In this document: piece after piece, positions 16,015-18,343 of the stretch
Layout of the letters: every line of letters begins with the position of its first letter
Numbering within the stretch: position 1 is the first letter of the stretch
IMG/VR virus record: IMGVR_UViG_2541047726_000006
Span: 1 to 18,343 of that record
Origin: a virus
Taxonomy: Duplodnaviria; Heunggongvirae; Uroviricota; Caudoviricetes
DNA length: 18,343 bases
Strand: one strand, 5' to 3'
The notes under the pieces: generated by a model
Database searches by the model: none
What the model was told of the DNA's origin: nothing
Seen by the model: only the letters and a program-made list of their open reading frames with translations
Made by a program: the position numbers and the translations under genes

Positions 16015-16374
16015 ATGCTCATAGATTTGGTTTTACCTTACCCGCCGACGGTGAACACTTACTGGCGACGCCGTGGCAGCACATATTTTATCTCGGAGGA
16101 GGGAAAGCGTTATCGCCGGGCTGTGGCGCTTATTGTTCGCCAGCAGCGGCTGAAATTAAGCCTGTCCGGAAGGCTGGCGATAAAGGTGATTGCAGAGCCA
16201 CCGGATAAGCGTCGTCGCGACCTGGACAATATCCTGAAAGCACCGCTGGATGCGCTGACGCATGCGGGAGTGCTCATTGATGACGAGCAGTTTGATGAAA
16301 TCAATATTGTACGTGGTCAGCCAGTATCTGGTGGACGGCTGGGTGTGAAGATTTACAAAATTGAGAGTGAGTGA
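16015..16374 (+). CDS. rusA: RusA Holliday-junction resolvase
   Basis: 119-aa ORF with an AAGAGGTG Shine-Dalgarno. The motif DKRRRDLDNILKAPLDALTHAGVLIDDEQ matches the RusA catalytic region (RRRDLDN). Confidence 0.9.
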   Translation: MLIDLVLPYPPTVNTYWRRRGSTYFISEEGKRYRRAVALIVRQQRLKLSLSGRLAIKVIAEPPDKRRRDLDNILKAPLDALTHAGVLIDDEQFDEINIVRGQPVSGGRLGVKIYKIESE

Positions 16375-16382
16375 GCGTAAAT

Positions 16383-16934
16383 ATGATATATCCGGAAATT
16401 ACAGGCAAAAGCGGCGAACATTTACGCCTGAACACGCTGGAAGCAGTCTGGATCCAGGGGAAATTACGGATGTGGGGGCGGTGGTCGTATATCGGTGGGG
16501 GTAAATCCGGAAATATGTTTAACCGGTTACTGGTTTCGAAAAAGCTGACGAAAACAGCAGTTAATGAGGTTTTACGCAGAATGAAGAAATCCGGGCTGGA
16601 AAAACCGGAACTTGAGGCATTTTTTCGGGATATGACAAGAGGAAAGCAGAAGAGCTGGTTGTCACATTGTACAGACACAGAGGCGTTGATTATTGATCGC
16701 GTTATCAGTGAGGTGCTTGGGGAATATCCCGGGCTAATCAATGTTCTCCGGCAAAGGTACGAAGGACGGGGAATGAGCAAACTGAAAATGGCCGAAAGGT
16801 TAAATGCAGATCATCCTGATTGGTCGTTGGTTACGTGCAGACGCCGAATTGATCAATGGTTGGGGGTATCTGAATTTATGTTATATGCCCCCATGCGCAT
16901 GGCTTTTGTTACAGAGAAAAATGTTGCAAACTGA
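16383..16934 (+). CDS. Putative late-gene antiterminator Q-like protein (by position)
   Basis: 183-aa product from the ATG at 16383; an in-frame GTG at 16371 overlaps the rusA stop. Immediately downstream of rusA and upstream of a short region ending in a strong terminator, as for Q, PR' and tR'. Confidence 0.4.
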   Translation: MIYPEITGKSGEHLRLNTLEAVWIQGKLRMWGRWSYIGGGKSGNMFNRLLVSKKLTKTAVNEVLRRMKKSGLEKPELEAFFRDMTRGKQKSWLSHCTDTEALIIDRVISEVLGEYPGLINVLRQRYEGRGMSKLKMAERLNADHPDWSLVTCRRRIDQWLGVSEFMLYAPMRMAFVTEKNVAN

Positions 16935-17013
16935 TCAATAAACTGCTTCAATCCGTATAAGCTTCGCAAAGCTGTATCGCGAGGCGAAACGCAAGTTTTT
17001 TTCGCACAAGGAA

Positions 17014-17035
17014 GCCACCGGAAGGTGGTTTTTTT
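17014..17035 (+). terminator. Rho-independent terminator, tR'-like
   Basis: GCCACC-GGAA-GGTGG stem followed by TTTTTTT at 17029-17035, about 80 nt downstream of the Q-like stop. Confidence 0.7.
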
Positions 17036-17158
17036 GTGTCCGCGATATACAGTAGCGCAATAAATTCGCTGGTGGTTATTAATACCGTTCTTTCAGCTTG
17101 CTGGCTTTTTCTACAAGAGTTATTGGTGTGTCACGTTAACCGAAAAAGGGAAAAAGAC

Positions 17159-17356
17159 ATGCTAAAACAGCAGGATATGACAGAAACCGCCAGAGTGGTG
17201 TTTAATGAATTAAGCGTTACCGAACCGGCGACAGTCGGGGAGATAGCGCAGAATACTTACCTTTCACGCGAACGCTGCCAGTTAATACTGACCCAGCTGG
17301 TTATGGCGGGTCTGGCAGACTATCAGTTCGGTTGTTACAGACGCCTTCCGCAGTGA
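17159..17356 (+). CDS. Hypothetical small protein (65 aa), possible winged-helix DNA-binding protein
   Basis: ATG at 17159 inside a longer track ORF, with a weak AAGGG Shine-Dalgarno. Product MLKQQDMTETARVVFNELSVTEPATVGEIAQNTYLSRERCQLILTQLVMAGLADYQFGCYRRLPQ. Bracketed by two intrinsic terminators. Confidence 0.45.
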   Translation: MLKQQDMTETARVVFNELSVTEPATVGEIAQNTYLSRERCQLILTQLVMAGLADYQFGCYRRLPQ

Positions 17357-17366
17357 AGGCTTTTTT
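17343..17366 (+). terminator. Rho-independent terminator overlapping the stop codon of the small ORF
   Basis: GCCTTC-CGCAGT-GAAGGC stem followed by TTTTTTATTT. The TGA stop at 17354-17356 lies inside the hairpin. Confidence 0.65.
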
Positions 17367-17383
17367 ATTTGTGGTAAATGGGC

Positions 17384-17414
17384 GGCTGGTGGGTGTTAGG
17401 GGCACCCACCAGCC
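17384..17414. repeat. Perfect 12-bp inverted repeat GGCTGGTGGGTG / CACCCACCAGCC with a 7-nt spacer
   Basis: Read directly at 17384-17395 and 17403-17414. It is not followed by a U-run on either strand and lies about 90 nt upstream of the methyltransferase start. Confidence 0.6.
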
Positions 17415-17506
17415 ATCTGCTCATGCGTTTGGTTCACAAGCAAACCTCAGGCCCACTGCTTTGCGCAAAAGCAGAATGAGCCTATCAGAGACAGGTTTAA
17501 TGATCC

Positions 17507-18343
17507 ATGCTTAATACTGTAAAAATATCCAGTTGTGAGTTAATCAACGCCGACTGCCTGGAATTTATCCGGTCGTTACCCGAAAATTCTGTTGACCTGA
17601 TAGTCACGGACCCGCCGTACTTTAAAGTGAAGCCTGAGGGCTGGGATAACCAGTGGAAGGGCGACGATGATTACCTGAAGTGGCTGGACCAGTGTCTGGC
17701 GCAGTTCTGGCGGGTGCTGAAACCTGCCGGAAGTCTTTACCTGTTCTGTGGTCATCGCCTGGCATCTGATATCGAAATCATGATGCGTGAACGCTTCAGT
17801 GTGCTGAACCATATTATCTGGGCGAAGCCGTCCGGATGCTGGAACGGATGCAACAAGGAAAGCCTGCGGGCGTATTTCCCCGCCACAGAGCGCATTCTGT
17901 TCGCGGAACATTATCAGGGGCCGTATCGTCCGAAAGATGCCGGGTATGAGGCGAAGGGCAGGGCACTGAAACAGCATGTGATGGCCCCGCTGATTTCTTA
18001 CTTTCGTGATGCGCGCGCGGCCCTGGGGATAACGGCAAAACAGATTGCAGATGCCACAGGAAAGAAAAACATGGTGTCGCACTGGTTCAGTGCCAGTCAG
18101 TGGCAGCTACCGAACGAAAGCGATTATCTGAAATTACAGTCGCTGTTTGCCCGGGTGGCAGAAGAGAAACATCAGCGGGGAGAACTGGAAAAGTCCCATT
18201 ACCAACTGGTCAGCACATACAGTGAGCTGAACCGGCAGTATACGGAACTGCAGAGTGAATATAAGCATCTGCGGCGGTATTTTGGCGTGACGGCGCAGGT
18301 GCCGTACACGGATGTGTGGACGCATAAACCGGTGCAGTACTAT
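17507..18343 (+). CDS. DNA methyltransferase (N6-adenine/N4-cytosine type, DPPY motif), 3'-truncated by the window end
   Basis: Open frame from the ATG at 17507 to the window end, not in the ORF track because it has no stop. N-terminus MLNTVKISSCELINADCLEFIRSLPENSVDLIVTDPPYF carries catalytic motif IV near the N-terminus, as in beta-class MTases. No adjacent restriction endonuclease is visible. Confidence 0.85.
   Translation, partial: MLNTVKISSCELINADCLEFIRSLPENSVDLIVTDPPYFKVKPEGWDNQWKGDDDYLKWLDQCLAQFWRVLKPAGSLYLFCGHRLASDIEIMMRERFSVLNHIIWAKPSGCWNGCNKESLRAYFPATERILFAEHYQGPYRPKDAGYEAKGRALKQHVMAPLISYFRDARAALGITAKQIADATGKKNMVSHWFSASQWQLPNESDYLKLQSLFARVAEEKHQRGELEKSHYQLVSTYSELNRQYTELQSEYKHLRRYFGVTAQVPYTDVWTHKPVQYY

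Noticed and set aside
16940-17013. A defined late promoter PR' and qut site between the Q-like gene and the tR'-like terminator
   Set aside because: Several weak -35/-10 candidates exist (for example TTGCAA...TTCAAT), but none is convincing enough to give coordinates. Only the terminator is reported.
17373-17506. Possible tRNA gene between the Q-like gene and the late genes, as in some lambdoid and Stx phages
   Set aside because: No cloverleaf can be built and there is no GTTCGAATC-like T-arm or CCA-adjacent acceptor stem. The 12-bp palindrome is a simple hairpin, not a tRNA.
17576-18082. 168-aa minus-strand ORF inside the methyltransferase gene
   Set aside because: Antisense to the DPPY-motif methyltransferase frame; no ribosome-binding site or recognisable motif.

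Overview
The window reads as the early/regulatory half of a Qin/Rac-type lambdoid prophage from an Escherichia/Shigella-like genome, running from the integrase to the start of the late region. All names are from reading the sequence and recalling protein families; no database search was run. Left arm (minus strand): lambda-type integrase, xis-like ORF, an 812-aa exonuclease, a ydfD-like and a dicB-like small protein, the DicF sRNA, then a 1250-bp IS911-like insertion with a TAA target duplication, followed by two small early-left ORFs. The immunity region holds mirror-image PL/PR promoters with CACTAAAC operator repeats, and between them a repressor plus a PaaA2/ParE2-type toxin-antitoxin pair. 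Right arm (plus strand): cro-like, ydaT-like, O-like initiator with in-gene iterons, DnaC-like loader, a block of small hypothetical genes, a hok-type type I toxin locus, DUF968, RusA, a Q-like ORF with a tR'-like terminator, a small ORF, and a DNA methyltransferase truncated by the window end. No rRNA, tRNA or CRISPR array was found. The best candidates for something undescribed are the AT-rich acidic-protein cassette at 12931-13794, the small membrane-protein islet at 13795-14150, and the small-ORF/palindrome/methylase unit at 17036-18343.
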